From: Candidatus Bathyarchaeia archaeon
GTDB lineage: Archaea > Thermoproteota > Bathyarchaeia > Bathyarchaeales > Bathycorpusculaceae
Reading direction: 5' to 3'
Assembly (NCBI GenBank): GCA_038882975.1
Contig: JAVZNE010000002.1
Location: 192,023 to 256,022, forward strand
DNA: 64,000 bases
A program made the position numbers and the translations under genes. Shown piece by piece: positions 18,810 through 28,544 of this stretch. A model generated the notes under the pieces. That model saw nothing but the letters and a program-made list of their open reading frames with translations. It ran no database searches and had not been told where the DNA came from. Position 1 is the first letter of the stretch. Every line of letters starts with the position of its first letter.

Positions 18810-19490
18810 CTATTCTCTGCTTGCAAGTATAACTATATAGTCTGCCGTGTCAGCACACATGTCGGCAGCATGCTCGATAAACTCTACAAGATCATCAAAG
18901 ATAACCATTGAGCCACTATCCACCTGCCCCCCATACTTAATGAACAAGGCTTTAGTTTTAAGATATTCATCGTCAATTTTCCTTTCAATCTCCTCAACCT
19001 TTTTCGCACCACTTATAGCCGCAGAAGAATCCACGGCAATTTTTTCAATGCTTCCCCTTAAGGCGTGGGCACAATCCACCAGAAACGACGTTGTATGGGC
19101 TGTGTTCTCCCATAGCTCCTTTGGAATCTTAGCGCCTTCAAGCATTTTTATGCATCTTGCCGCGTCCTTCACATGGTCAGCCAGCGTATCAAGCCTTTTC
19201 ACAAGGTGCATTAGGTCTTCACGGTAATCTGCAAAAAGAGCCACGCCCCTTGAAAGCTCCTTGAAAACCTCTGTTCGCAGTCTGTCAACTTCCTTCTCAA
19301 CCTTGAAAATGTTTTCTATGTGCTGCATGGCTTCCTTTCTATTGCCTTCAGCCATCTTTTGCATGGCATAATGAAGAAGCGTCACCGTGTCCAAAGCCTT
19401 TGTAATCTGCTCCTGCGCCAAATCAAGAGCCTTTGTTCTTCTGCGCCTCTCAAACCATGCATAGCTCTTCTTCTCCAAGCCCGGACTCAT
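18810..19490 (-). CDS. DUF47 / PhoU-like phosphate transport regulator
   Basis: EKEVDRLR, REDLMHLVKRLD..AD, ERKIDD, EHAADMCAD repeats. Confidence 0.85.
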   Translation of the reverse strand: MSPGLEKKSYAWFERRRRTKALDLAQEQITKALDTVTLLHYAMQKMAEGNRKEAMQHIENIFKVEKEVDRLRTEVFKELSRGVALFADYREDLMHLVKRLDTLADHVKDAARCIKMLEGAKIPKELWENTAHTTSFLVDCAHALRGSIEKIAVDSSAAISGAKKVEEIERKIDDEYLKTKALFIKYGGQVDSGSMVIFDDLVEFIEHAADMCADTADYIVILASRE

Positions 19491-19543
19491 CTCCTAACAA
19501 TAAGCTATCATGAAATGCTTAATAACACTTTGCAAAACAGTGG

Positions 19544-19999
19544 CTATTCCTTTTCAGTTTCCGCAACCCAATAAGCCTTCTCTTCGCCTTCTTTAGTGGT
19601 TACGTACTCCTTCTTGAAAATTGGAGCTTCCCTCTTGTACCTTTCAACGGCTTCCCTCAAAACTGGAAAAACATCTTTCCTATGGGAGCCAGCGACTAAA
19701 ACGTAGACGAGGTCTTCGCCGACGGCAAACTCGCCAAGAAAATGGTGTATTTGGGCGTCCACTATGCCCCTTCTTCCCTTTAATTCTTGGCATATGCTTG
19801 ACAATACTTCATCGGCTTTTTCCTCATAAGCCTCCACCTCCAACTTTTGAACCTTCTCACCTTTTGATGTTTCCCCACGAACAACACCTATGAAAATCGC
19901 TATTGCTCCAGCTTTCTGAAATTCGGCGCAGCCCTTCAATTCCCTAATCAAGTCTTCTAGATTGAGGTCTCCTTTCCTATGTGTAAATTTGTGGGACAT
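19544..19999 (-). CDS. moaE: Molybdopterin synthase catalytic subunit
   Basis: GAIAIFIGVVRG, EAYEE, HRKDVF, APIFKKE. Confidence 0.92.
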   Translation of the reverse strand: MSHKFTHRKGDLNLEDLIRELKGCAEFQKAGAIAIFIGVVRGETSKGEKVQKLEVEAYEEKADEVLSSICQELKGRRGIVDAQIHHFLGEFAVGEDLVYVLVAGSHRKDVFPVLREAVERYKREAPIFKKEYVTTKEGEEKAYWVAETEKE

Positions 20000-20030
20000 A
20001 ATCCTCCCACATTCAAATGAAGTTTTTGGA

Positions 20031-21062
20031 TTAAATGTACTTTCTCATATCTTCGGTTGCAGCTGACGGTGCTGGCAGGTCCTTCATGGTGAGTAAACCA
20101 GCTGGAGCCTTCAACACCTTTGGAATAGAGTTTATGATTATTGCCACTGTACCCGCGTCTCCATGAACACATGGCTGAATCTTCTGTTTAATCGTTGGAA
20201 CACCCGTAATTGTTATGGCGTCATACTCCTCCTTTGCCCCGATATAGGCTTGAAAGTCTAGAACTATGACTTCTTTGCCCCCCATGATGCCTTTTGCCGT
20301 CTGCCTCAAACCAGCAACCTTTCCAGCCTCAACCCTTATGAATTCGCTTTTCACTGGTTCTTTGGCTATTACTGGTTCGACGGGCTCAGCCCTTATTTCA
20401 TCAAGTTGCCATGCCAATGCATCCGCAATCATCGCAATAGACTGCCCAAGCCCAACATGCCCAGTTATTTCCCTCTTCTCAATTTTCCGCTTAAAATTCT
20501 CTACCGTTAAGCCTGCGCCTATCTTCTTCTGGAAGGGCAAACGTCTTGTTGCGGCGTTCATGATTCTGGCAGCTTCGATTCTCTCTATATTTTGGCATGT
20601 CGCCGTCAATGTTATTACGAGAGTGTCCATCAAGAAACCGGGGTTTATTCCTGTTCCCAACACTGTTACATCGTGTTTTTTGGCTAGTTTGTCCAGTTCC
20701 TTTGCGATTTTTGGCTCTGAATAGTATGGATATGAGAGCTCCTCGCATGTTGATACAACATTGACACCATGTTTGATTATGGAGGCTATTTGAGGATAAG
20801 TGTCCTTAAGATAGGATGACGTGGCGTGGATGGCTATATTCGGCTTTGTTTTTGAAAGCACAGCGTCAACATCGCTTGAAACTATTATACCCAGTTTTTT
20901 GTTTAAGCCTAAAACTTCGCCTAAATCCTTGCCTACCTTATCCTTTGCAACATCAATTGCGCCGACAATTTTTACCCCTTTCTTTTCGAGGAGAGACTTG
21001 GCTATTAAACTTCCAACGGCGCCTACTCCATACAAGACAACTTTAACCTCTTCCATGGACAA
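20031..21062 (-). CDS. NAD(P)-dependent dehydrogenase, 2,4-diaminopentanoate dehydrogenase (Ord)/DapB-like
   Basis: GVGAVG Rossmann motif, STCEELSYP, GTGINPGFLMD, GHVG, GDAGT. Confidence 0.75.
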   Translation of the reverse strand: MSMEEVKVVLYGVGAVGSLIAKSLLEKKGVKIVGAIDVAKDKVGKDLGEVLGLNKKLGIIVSSDVDAVLSKTKPNIAIHATSSYLKDTYPQIASIIKHGVNVVSTCEELSYPYYSEPKIAKELDKLAKKHDVTVLGTGINPGFLMDTLVITLTATCQNIERIEAARIMNAATRRLPFQKKIGAGLTVENFKRKIEKREITGHVGLGQSIAMIADALAWQLDEIRAEPVEPVIAKEPVKSEFIRVEAGKVAGLRQTAKGIMGGKEVIVLDFQAYIGAKEEYDAITITGVPTIKQKIQPCVHGDAGTVAIIINSIPKVLKAPAGLLTMKDLPAPSAATEDMRKYI

Positions 21063-21189
21063 TCCCCCACGGTTTATGGTTTATTTTGATGGCGTGGTCT
21101 ATAAAAGAGGTTTGCTCATAATTTAAAACCTTTACATTTGTAAAGTTTATATTTATGAGCCTTCCCCAATAATAGGAAGGCGGACTAAA

Positions 21190-22632
21190 ATGAGCCCCGG
21201 AAAAACCGTGACCTACAGAGAAGTTTTAGCTGAGTATCCGGATGCTGAGAAAATTAAATTCTGTTTTGAATGCGGCATATGCACAGCAAGCTGTCCCATG
21301 GCAGAACTTCTAAAAGGGGAGTACAACCCGAGAAATATCCTTGAAAAGATTTTTTTAAACATCGAAGAAGCTTTTGTTTCAGATGAGATTTGGCTCTGCG
21401 CTTGGTGTTATCGCTGCTATAGGCACTGTCCTCAAGCATTAAAACCGCCAGAAATATTCCTCTACACTCGAAAGTTCGCAGTTAAAGCTGAATATAGACG
21501 AGCATTCGAAAATGTCATCCATAAGATTGTTAAATTATCCCCTCTTCCCTTGGTTACGATTTGTGCCTGTTTTCATCCAGGGCGCGCAGGCTTAGACTTA
21601 AGCAAGGTCATAAAAGAAGCTGAAAAACTGAGGAAGGAATTTTTAGAAGAGAAAAAAGGGAAAATTAAGGCGGAACCAGCAAAAAAGAAAGTTGCGGTTA
21701 TTGGTTCTGGACCTGCGGGGCTCACAGTTGCTCATGATTTAACCTTGAAAAACTATGAAGTTACGGTTTTTGAGGCTATGAAAGAGCCTGGTGGCATGTT
21801 GAGGAAGTGTTTGCCAGCCTTTCGTCTTCCAAGGGAACTTTTAGACATGGACATACAAGCGTTGAAGGACCTTGGCGTGGAAATAAAGACTGGTGTGGCG
21901 GTCGGTAAAGATGTTGATTTTAGCAGTTTATGGGATCTAGGCTATGATGCCATTTTCGTTGGCGTTGGTGCTAATAAAGGACAGCACTTAAAAATTGAGG
22001 GCGCTGATTTAGAAGGGGTAGTGCATGCTCTAGACTTTCTCTGGATGTTTAACTCTGGAATAGCGCCGAATGTTAGGGGTAAACGTGTTGCCATAATTGG
22101 CGGTGGAAATGTTGCAGTTGACTCCGCAAGAACAGCCCTTAAACATGGAGCTAGGGAGGCGACTATTTTTTACCGAAGGTCTAGAGAGGAGATGCCCGCA
22201 AACCCGTGGGAAGTTAAAGAGGCAGAAAATGAGGGCGCAAAAATTGAGTTTTTAGTCTCTCCGAAGAGAATCTTGGGTGGCGATAAAAGAGTTTCCGCTG
22301 TTGAGTTTGTTCGGATGAGGCTAGGCGAGTTAGACGAGACCGGAAGAAGAAAACCGATCCCCATTGAAGGTTCTGAATTTGTTAAAGAGGCGGACATGGT
22401 GGTTTTGGCGATAGGCGAAGTCCCAGACCTCTATTTTCTGCCTAAGGAAATTGAATTGAATGAGGACGGAACAATTTGGGTTAACCCGTTAACTATGGAG
22501 ACAACCCTTGAAGGTGTTTTTGCCGGAGGGGACTCTGTGACCGGTCCAGCCTCAATTATTGAGGCTATATGCGCCGGAAGGATTGCCGCCTTTTCAATTG
22601 ATAGTTATCTAAAGTCTTTGGGTCTAAGGTGA
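21190..22632 (+). CDS. Fusion of an HdrC-like 2x[4Fe-4S] domain and a GltD/NfnB/SudA-like FAD-NAD(P)H oxidoreductase
   Basis: CFECGICTASCP..YNPR..IWLCAWCYRCYRHCPQ, then GSGPAG, GGGNVAVD, YRRS, FAGGD. Confidence 0.85.
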   Translation: MSPGKTVTYREVLAEYPDAEKIKFCFECGICTASCPMAELLKGEYNPRNILEKIFLNIEEAFVSDEIWLCAWCYRCYRHCPQALKPPEIFLYTRKFAVKAEYRRAFENVIHKIVKLSPLPLVTICACFHPGRAGLDLSKVIKEAEKLRKEFLEEKKGKIKAEPAKKKVAVIGSGPAGLTVAHDLTLKNYEVTVFEAMKEPGGMLRKCLPAFRLPRELLDMDIQALKDLGVEIKTGVAVGKDVDFSSLWDLGYDAIFVGVGANKGQHLKIEGADLEGVVHALDFLWMFNSGIAPNVRGKRVAIIGGGNVAVDSARTALKHGAREATIFYRRSREEMPANPWEVKEAENEGAKIEFLVSPKRILGGDKRVSAVEFVRMRLGELDETGRRKPIPIEGSEFVKEADMVVLAIGEVPDLYFLPKEIELNEDGTIWVNPLTMETTLEGVFAGGDSVTGPASIIEAICAGRIAAFSIDSYLKSLGLR

Positions 22633-22639
22633 TTGGAAA

Positions 22640-25045
22640 ATGGCTGGAGAGGAAATACGTATAGGGGTTTATGTTTGTCACTGCGGTTTGAATATTGCGG
22701 GCTCTGTTGATTGTAAAGAGGTTGCAGAGTTCGCTTCCACGCTTCCAAACGTTGTTTTGGCGAGGGATTACCGCTATACATGTTCAGACCAAGGACAGGA
22801 ACTCATAAGGAATGATATCAGGGAGTATGGGCTTAATCGTGTGGTTGTTGCTTCATGCTCTCCCCGCCTCCACGAACCTACATTCCGAAAAGTGTGCGAG
22901 GAGGCCGGGTTAAACAAGTACCTTTTTGAGATGGCTAACATACGGGAACAGTGCAGCTGGGTCCATCTCCATGATAGAAAGGCGGCGACTGAAAAGGCTA
23001 AAGATCTTGTGAAAATGGCTGTGGCTAAGGCGGCCTTACTAAAGTCAGCCAAGGAAATTGAAGTGCCGATTATAAGAAAGGCACTTGTAATTGGCGGCGG
23101 CGTTGCAGGAATTCAAGCAGCATTGGACCTTGCTGACACTGGTTATAAAGTTTATTTGGTGGAGAGGGAGCCGAGCATCGGCGGGATGATGGCGAGAATA
23201 GATAAAACTTTTCCAACAATGGACTGTTCAATATGCATTCTTGCCCCAAAAATGTCTGATGTGGGGCATCATCCAAACATTGAACTATTAACCAACAGTG
23301 AAGTTATCGATGTAAAGGGGTATATCGGCAACTTCCGAGTAAAAGTTTTAAAAAAGCCGCGTTATGTGAAGGAAGACTGCTCAGCGTGTGGTGAGTGCTC
23401 AAAAGTTTGCCCCATGACAGCGCCGAACGAGTTTGATGCTGGATTAGCCCTAAGACACGCCATTTACACGCCTTTTGCACAAGCAGTTCCGTCAACCTAC
23501 ATAATTGACATGAACCTATGCCTAAACAAAGACGGCGTGATGGTATGCGACAAATGCATTAAAGCCTGCGAAAGGCAAGCCATAGACTTCACAATGAAAC
23601 CTGAAACCGTAGAACTAGAAGTAGGAACGATAATAGTGGCGACGGGAGCAGACGTTTTCGACCCATCCGCGCTTCCTCAGTATGGTTATGGCAAATATTT
23701 GAATGTGATTACATCGCTTGAATTTGAAAGGCTAATTAATGCTGGCGGTCCGTCTGGAGGGCGGCTTATTAGGCCCAGCGACATGAAGGTTCCGAAGCGT
23801 GTGGCTTTCATACAGTGTGTTGGCTCTCGCTCCAATAGGACTGGACGAACCTACTGCAGCAATGTTTGCTGCATGAACACCATAAAAGACAGCCTCCTCA
23901 TCAAAGAGCACTGGCCTGAAACTGAAATCTACGTCTTTTACGTTGACATTCGTGCATATGGAAAGGGGTTCGAAGACCTATACAAGAGGGCTAAAAAGGA
24001 AGGCGTAATATTCATCAGGGGGCTTCCAGCAGAAATAATTGAGGATAAGAAGACTCGAAACCTTTGGCTCATAGGCGAAAACACGCTCCTAAAAGAGCCT
24101 TACAAAATGAACTTTGACATGGTTATTCTATCCGTTGGTCTGGAGCCGCGGAAAGATAGTGAAGTAATACAGCGACTGTTGACCCTTTCAAGGACGCAAG
24201 ACGGATTTTTCATGGAAGCCCATCCAAAACTCAGACCAGTGGACGCTGCAACTGGAGGCATATTCTTCGCCGGATGCGCTGAAGCTCCAAAGGATATAAA
24301 GGACAGCGTAACACAAGCCAGTGCGGCTGCAGCCAGAGCCGGCATACTAATGGCTAAGGGTAAAGTTATGGTTGAGGCCATTACGCCAATTTTAGATGTG
24401 GAAAAGTGCAAGGCTTGCGGGCTTTGCACAAAGGTTTGCCCCTACAACGCGATAACTCTTAACAAAGAGCTTAAACGCATTGAAATTGTTGAGGCTGCTT
24501 GTGGAGGATGCGGAACATGTGCTGCAGAGTGCCCATCCGACGCATTAACCCAGAACCACTTCACTGATGAGCAGATAATAGCTCAAATTGACGCCGTTAC
24601 AGAATATGATGCCGACAAGAAAATTGTAGCTTTCTGCTGCAATTGGTGCGCTTATGCAGGTGCGGATTTCGCTGGAGTCAGTAGGATGCAGTATCCGCCA
24701 AATGTCCGAATAATTAGAACTATGTGCTCGGGAAGGGTTGCTCCAAAATTTGTCGAAAGAGCCTTCGCAAGAGGAGCTGCCGCAGTTCTGGTGGCTGGCT
24801 GCCATCCAGGAGACTGCCACTACATTAATGCTAACTATCATACTCAAAGACGTGTGGAACGCTTATGGAAGAAGATGGAACAGAACGGTCTACGCAAGGA
24901 GAGGCTTCAGCTTTTATGGGTTTCAGCAGCTGAAGGAGAAAGATTTGCCTCAAAAATTTATGAAATGCAAAAAATTGTGGAAAGTGTAACCTCAGAGGAA
25001 ATAGAACATGCCAAAAAAGTTTTTTCAAAAGCTGGAGGAGCTTAA
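22640..25045 (+). CDS. hdrA: Heterodisulfide reductase subunit A fused to a C-terminal MvhD domain
   Basis: GVYVCHCGLNI, ANIREQCSWVH, GGGVAG, KTFPTMDCSICI, QCVGSR, CSNVCC, ferredoxin inserts, and C-terminal FCCNWCAYAGAD...MCSGRV...GCHPGDCHY. Confidence 0.95.
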   Translation: MAGEEIRIGVYVCHCGLNIAGSVDCKEVAEFASTLPNVVLARDYRYTCSDQGQELIRNDIREYGLNRVVVASCSPRLHEPTFRKVCEEAGLNKYLFEMANIREQCSWVHLHDRKAATEKAKDLVKMAVAKAALLKSAKEIEVPIIRKALVIGGGVAGIQAALDLADTGYKVYLVEREPSIGGMMARIDKTFPTMDCSICILAPKMSDVGHHPNIELLTNSEVIDVKGYIGNFRVKVLKKPRYVKEDCSACGECSKVCPMTAPNEFDAGLALRHAIYTPFAQAVPSTYIIDMNLCLNKDGVMVCDKCIKACERQAIDFTMKPETVELEVGTIIVATGADVFDPSALPQYGYGKYLNVITSLEFERLINAGGPSGGRLIRPSDMKVPKRVAFIQCVGSRSNRTGRTYCSNVCCMNTIKDSLLIKEHWPETEIYVFYVDIRAYGKGFEDLYKRAKKEGVIFIRGLPAEIIEDKKTRNLWLIGENTLLKEPYKMNFDMVILSVGLEPRKDSEVIQRLLTLSRTQDGFFMEAHPKLRPVDAATGGIFFAGCAEAPKDIKDSVTQASAAAARAGILMAKGKVMVEAITPILDVEKCKACGLCTKVCPYNAITLNKELKRIEIVEAACGGCGTCAAECPSDALTQNHFTDEQIIAQIDAVTEYDADKKIVAFCCNWCAYAGADFAGVSRMQYPPNVRIIRTMCSGRVAPKFVERAFARGAAAVLVAGCHPGDCHYINANYHTQRRVERLWKKMEQNGLRKERLQLLWVSAAEGERFASKIYEMQKIVESVTSEEIEHAKKVFSKAGGA

Positions 25046-25046
25046 G

Positions 25047-25325
25047 ATGCCTGAAAGGCTTTGGAGAACCCCACTAGACATTGAGAAGGTTTCAAGGCCG
25101 AAAGCTGAAATCCACATATTAAAAGACCAGTGCAAGGGTTGCGGCTTCTGCATCCAATACTGCCCCAAAAAAGTTTTAGAGGAATCTGACGAAATTAATG
25201 CCAGAGGGGTTCATCCTCCAAGAGTTGTTGATGAAAAAAGCTGCATATTATGTAGCTTTTGTACAGCCGTTTGCCCAGACTTCGCAATTTTCGTTAAGGA
25301 AAAACAATGTAAGGATGGATGTTAA
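25047..25325 (+). CDS. korD: 2-oxoacid:ferredoxin oxidoreductase delta (ferredoxin) subunit
   Basis: CKGCGFCIQYCP and CILCSFCTAVCPDFAI. Confidence 0.9.
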   Translation: MPERLWRTPLDIEKVSRPKAEIHILKDQCKGCGFCIQYCPKKVLEESDEINARGVHPPRVVDEKSCILCSFCTAVCPDFAIFVKEKQCKDGC

Positions 25326-26480
25326 ATGGCAAGTGAAAAAACGGTATTAACCGGCGTGCATTTCATGAGCGGCGACATAGCATGCGCAGAAGGCGCCATC
25401 GCAGCCGGTTGCCGATTCTTTGCTGGGTATCCCATAACGCCTGCGACAGAAATAGCTGAACACATAGCAGCTCGAATGCCAAAGGTTGGCGGAATATACA
25501 TTCAAATGGAGGACGAAATAGCCTCCATAGCCGCCGTAATAGGTGCGTCCTATGCGGGTTTAAAGGCTATGACAGCCACCTCCGGACCTGGCTTTAGCTT
25601 GATGCAGGAGAATATAGGCTTGGCAGCCATGACGGAAGCTCCATGCGTTATTGTTGACGTAATGCGGGGAGGCCCCAGCACTGGGCAACCAACCCTTCCC
25701 GGACAGCAGGACGTTATGCAGGCCAAATGGGGTTCTCACGGCGACTATGAAATCATTGCTTTGGCGCCCTCCTCTGTTCAAGAAATGTTTGACTTGACGA
25801 TTGAGGCTTTTAACTTAGCTGAGGCTTACCGCGTTCCATCATTGGTGATGGCTGACGAGGTTGTCGCCCACATGTGGGAAAGAGTAGCGATTCCACCAGC
25901 TGAGGAGATAAGGATTGTTAACCGCAAAAAGCCTAACGCGCCACCAGACAAGTATCTGCCCTTTATGCCAGATGACGACTTAGTTCCGCCAATGGCCTGT
26001 TTTGGCGAGGGCTTCCGTTTCCATGCAACAGGCCTAACTCACGATGAGTATGGCTATCCACGTACTCAAAGCTCAGAGGCTCAAACAAGACTTGTGCAGA
26101 GGCTCTGCGACAAGATTAGGAAGAACGCTGACAAAATAATCCGTGTTGAAGAGCAAATGTTGGAAGATGCTGAAATAGTGGTTTTTGCTTACGGAATAGT
26201 TTCGAGGGCAGCCCTAAGTGCTGTAAGAAAGGCAAGACAGCAGGGTATAAAAGCTGGGCTTATACGCCCAATAACCCTCTGGCCCTTCCCGGAAAAATAT
26301 GTAATGAAGGCTGCTGAAAAAGCTAAAGCAATAATTGTTCCGGAAATGAACTGTGGGCAGATGGTGAGGGAAGTTGAAAGAGCCGCGAAGGGAACGCCTG
26401 TTTATCATATACCAAAATTGGGTGAAGAGCCGCACACGCCGATGGAGATTCTCGAATTTATAAGGAGGCATAGCAAATGA
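25326..26480 (+). CDS. korA: 2-oxoacid:ferredoxin oxidoreductase alpha subunit
   Basis: GYPITPATE, QMEDEIAS, TATSGPGFSLM, RGGPSTG. Confidence 0.93.
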   Translation: MASEKTVLTGVHFMSGDIACAEGAIAAGCRFFAGYPITPATEIAEHIAARMPKVGGIYIQMEDEIASIAAVIGASYAGLKAMTATSGPGFSLMQENIGLAAMTEAPCVIVDVMRGGPSTGQPTLPGQQDVMQAKWGSHGDYEIIALAPSSVQEMFDLTIEAFNLAEAYRVPSLVMADEVVAHMWERVAIPPAEEIRIVNRKKPNAPPDKYLPFMPDDDLVPPMACFGEGFRFHATGLTHDEYGYPRTQSSEAQTRLVQRLCDKIRKNADKIIRVEEQMLEDAEIVVFAYGIVSRAALSAVRKARQQGIKAGLIRPITLWPFPEKYVMKAAEKAKAIIVPEMNCGQMVREVERAAKGTPVYHIPKLGEEPHTPMEILEFIRRHSK

Positions 26481-27319
26481 CGGAAGCCGTTGAACAGCAT
26501 CCCCTTTCAAAATATTTGAGAGCTGCCATGATGCCCCACATATGGTGTTCCGGCTGCGGAAATGGCATAATACTCAACGCCTTTATACAAGCGCTTGACG
26601 AGTTGCAAATAAATCTTGACAAGCTCGTTGTCGTTTCTGGAATAGGCTGTATTGGAAGGGCTGCTGGCTATACGAATGTGGATTCTTTTCACACGACCCA
26701 CGGGCGTCCCATAGCCTTTGCAACTGGCGTCAAACTCGCAAATCCAGAGCTGGAAGTTGTTGTTATAAGCGGTGACGGTGACCTCTTCGCCATAGGGGGA
26801 AACCACTTCATCCACGCTGCGCGAAGAAACATTGGAATTAAGGTTATATGCGCCAACAACTTCAACTACGGAATGACTGGCGGACAAGCTGGACCAACAA
26901 CACCACTAGACGCCTTTACAACAACAACGCCTTACGGAAACATAGAGCATCCCTTCAATCTGGTTCATTTAGCGGCGGCAGCCGGCGCCACTTATGTAGC
27001 TAGGTGGACAACTCTTCATGTGCGAATGTTAACGATGTCTATTAAGAAACTTTTGCAAAGAAAGGGCTTCTCCTTCATAGAGGTTATATCGCCTTGCCCA
27101 GAAATCTATGGACGCCGCAACAGAATGCGAACAGGACTTGAAATGATGGAGTGGTTTAAGAAGACGGCAGTAATAGCCAACTTCTCAGACCCGGCCAAGG
27201 CGGAAATAACCTCGGAAAAAATAGTTATCGGCGAATTTGTGGACATTCAAAAACCAACCTATGAGGAGCTGCTCCACAATAAAATGGCACAAATAATGAA
27301 AGAGGGCGAAGAAGGGTAG
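26477..27319 (+). CDS. korB: 2-oxoacid:ferredoxin oxidoreductase beta subunit
   Basis: WCSGCG, SGIGC, HGR, GDGD...NNFNYGMTGGQ TPP motif. Confidence 0.93.
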   Translation: MTEAVEQHPLSKYLRAAMMPHIWCSGCGNGIILNAFIQALDELQINLDKLVVVSGIGCIGRAAGYTNVDSFHTTHGRPIAFATGVKLANPELEVVVISGDGDLFAIGGNHFIHAARRNIGIKVICANNFNYGMTGGQAGPTTPLDAFTTTTPYGNIEHPFNLVHLAAAAGATYVARWTTLHVRMLTMSIKKLLQRKGFSFIEVISPCPEIYGRRNRMRTGLEMMEWFKKTAVIANFSDPAKAEITSEKIVIGEFVDIQKPTYEELLHNKMAQIMKEGEEG

Positions 27320-27329
27320 GTGGGACACT

Positions 27330-27875
27330 ATGCGTGTTGAAATTAGATTTGCGGGTTTCGGCGGACAAGGAATAATTAAATCTGGAATCATGGTGGCTAC
27401 AGCCGCATGCATATACGGCGGAAAACACGCTGTACAAACACAGTCCTATGGACCCGAGTCGCGGGGCGGAGCATGCCGTTCCGAAGTTGTAATAGCGGAC
27501 GATGAAATCGACTTTCCAAAAGTCACCGAACCAGACATCTTAGTGGTGATGTCCCAGCACGCCTACAACGAGTATGCGGAAACCGTGAAGAAAGGAGGAA
27601 CGATAATCCTTGACCCAGACATGATTCCCAACGAGAGGGAAATTGAAGGCGTAAAAGTTTTCAAGGTTCCAGCCACAAGAATGGCTGAGGAGCTTGGAAG
27701 AAGAATAGTTGCAAATGTCGTCATGCTGGGGGCTTTTGCAGCAATAACGGGGATGGTGGACAAAGAAGCCCTAAAAGAGTCGATTAAGGCTAATGTACCA
27801 AAGGGAACAGAGGAGTTAAACCTAAAAGCCTTTGAAATGGGTTACGGATACGGCAAAAAAGTTGTTGAAGGCTAA
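27330..27875 (+). CDS. korC: 2-oxoacid:ferredoxin oxidoreductase gamma subunit
   Basis: GFGGQG, SYGPESRGG, ANVVMLGA. Confidence 0.92.
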   Translation: MRVEIRFAGFGGQGIIKSGIMVATAACIYGGKHAVQTQSYGPESRGGACRSEVVIADDEIDFPKVTEPDILVVMSQHAYNEYAETVKKGGTIILDPDMIPNEREIEGVKVFKVPATRMAEELGRRIVANVVMLGAFAAITGMVDKEALKESIKANVPKGTEELNLKAFEMGYGYGKKVVEG

Positions 27876-28489
27876 CCTTGCTGTTCAACCTTTTGCAGTG
27901 GCACTTGTAATTGAGCTACTTGTGTCAGCAGCTTAGACTTTCTAACACCGACATGGCGCAAGGGAACAATTTTCCTTGCCTCGTTGTAAATGTCTGACGC
28001 TATTTTTCCAAGAACCATTTCTTGGACGAACTGGTCCATTGTTAGGGCGGCGCTTTTCTCCCCAACTATTTTCGCCATAATTTTGCGTATGACATGCTCT
28101 TGTGAGGTCTTTATCCTTGTAAGGGTGAATGCGCAGACCGCTACTCTAAATCTGTAGCCGTCTTTTGTTGAAACGTTGAAGATTCCATCAACCTTCGTTG
28201 TTCTTCGTCTCACAAGGCTTCTAAGGTAGTCCCTCGAGTATTCGTGTCCCTTAAACATGGTGCGGGCTGTTTTGCCCTCCACTTGTGTTATTTGAAAGTA
28301 CAATTTCAAGTATTGGTGGGAAAAGTCGCCTGTAATATCGTAAAGGGTTGCCTCCATAACTCTTCCAACGAGTTTTTGGGGCTCGTCTGCCGGTATCGCG
28401 CCTAACTCCACATTTCCAAAGTAGGGCGGAGCAACCACTGTATACCATGTTTTGCTTCGCCACTTATCCCTTACTTTTTTAGTGGACAA
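27872..28489 (-). CDS. rps3ae: 30S ribosomal protein S3Ae (eS1)
   Basis: DKWRSKTWY, RDYLRSLVRRRT. Confidence 0.95.
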   Translation of the reverse strand: MSTKKVRDKWRSKTWYTVVAPPYFGNVELGAIPADEPQKLVGRVMEATLYDITGDFSHQYLKLYFQITQVEGKTARTMFKGHEYSRDYLRSLVRRRTTKVDGIFNVSTKDGYRFRVAVCAFTLTRIKTSQEHVIRKIMAKIVGEKSAALTMDQFVQEMVLGKIASDIYNEARKIVPLRHVGVRKSKLLTQVAQLQVPLQKVEQQG

Positions 28490-28544
28490 GGCTGACCTCC
28501 ATCCTTAATAGCGGAGAAAAGTCACATTACGAGGGTATTAAGCT

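Noticed and set aside
21190-25045. HdrA/MvhD (and cofE) as evidence of methanogenesis
   Set aside because: No mcr, mtr or hdrB in the window, and these genes are common in non-methanogenic anaerobes.
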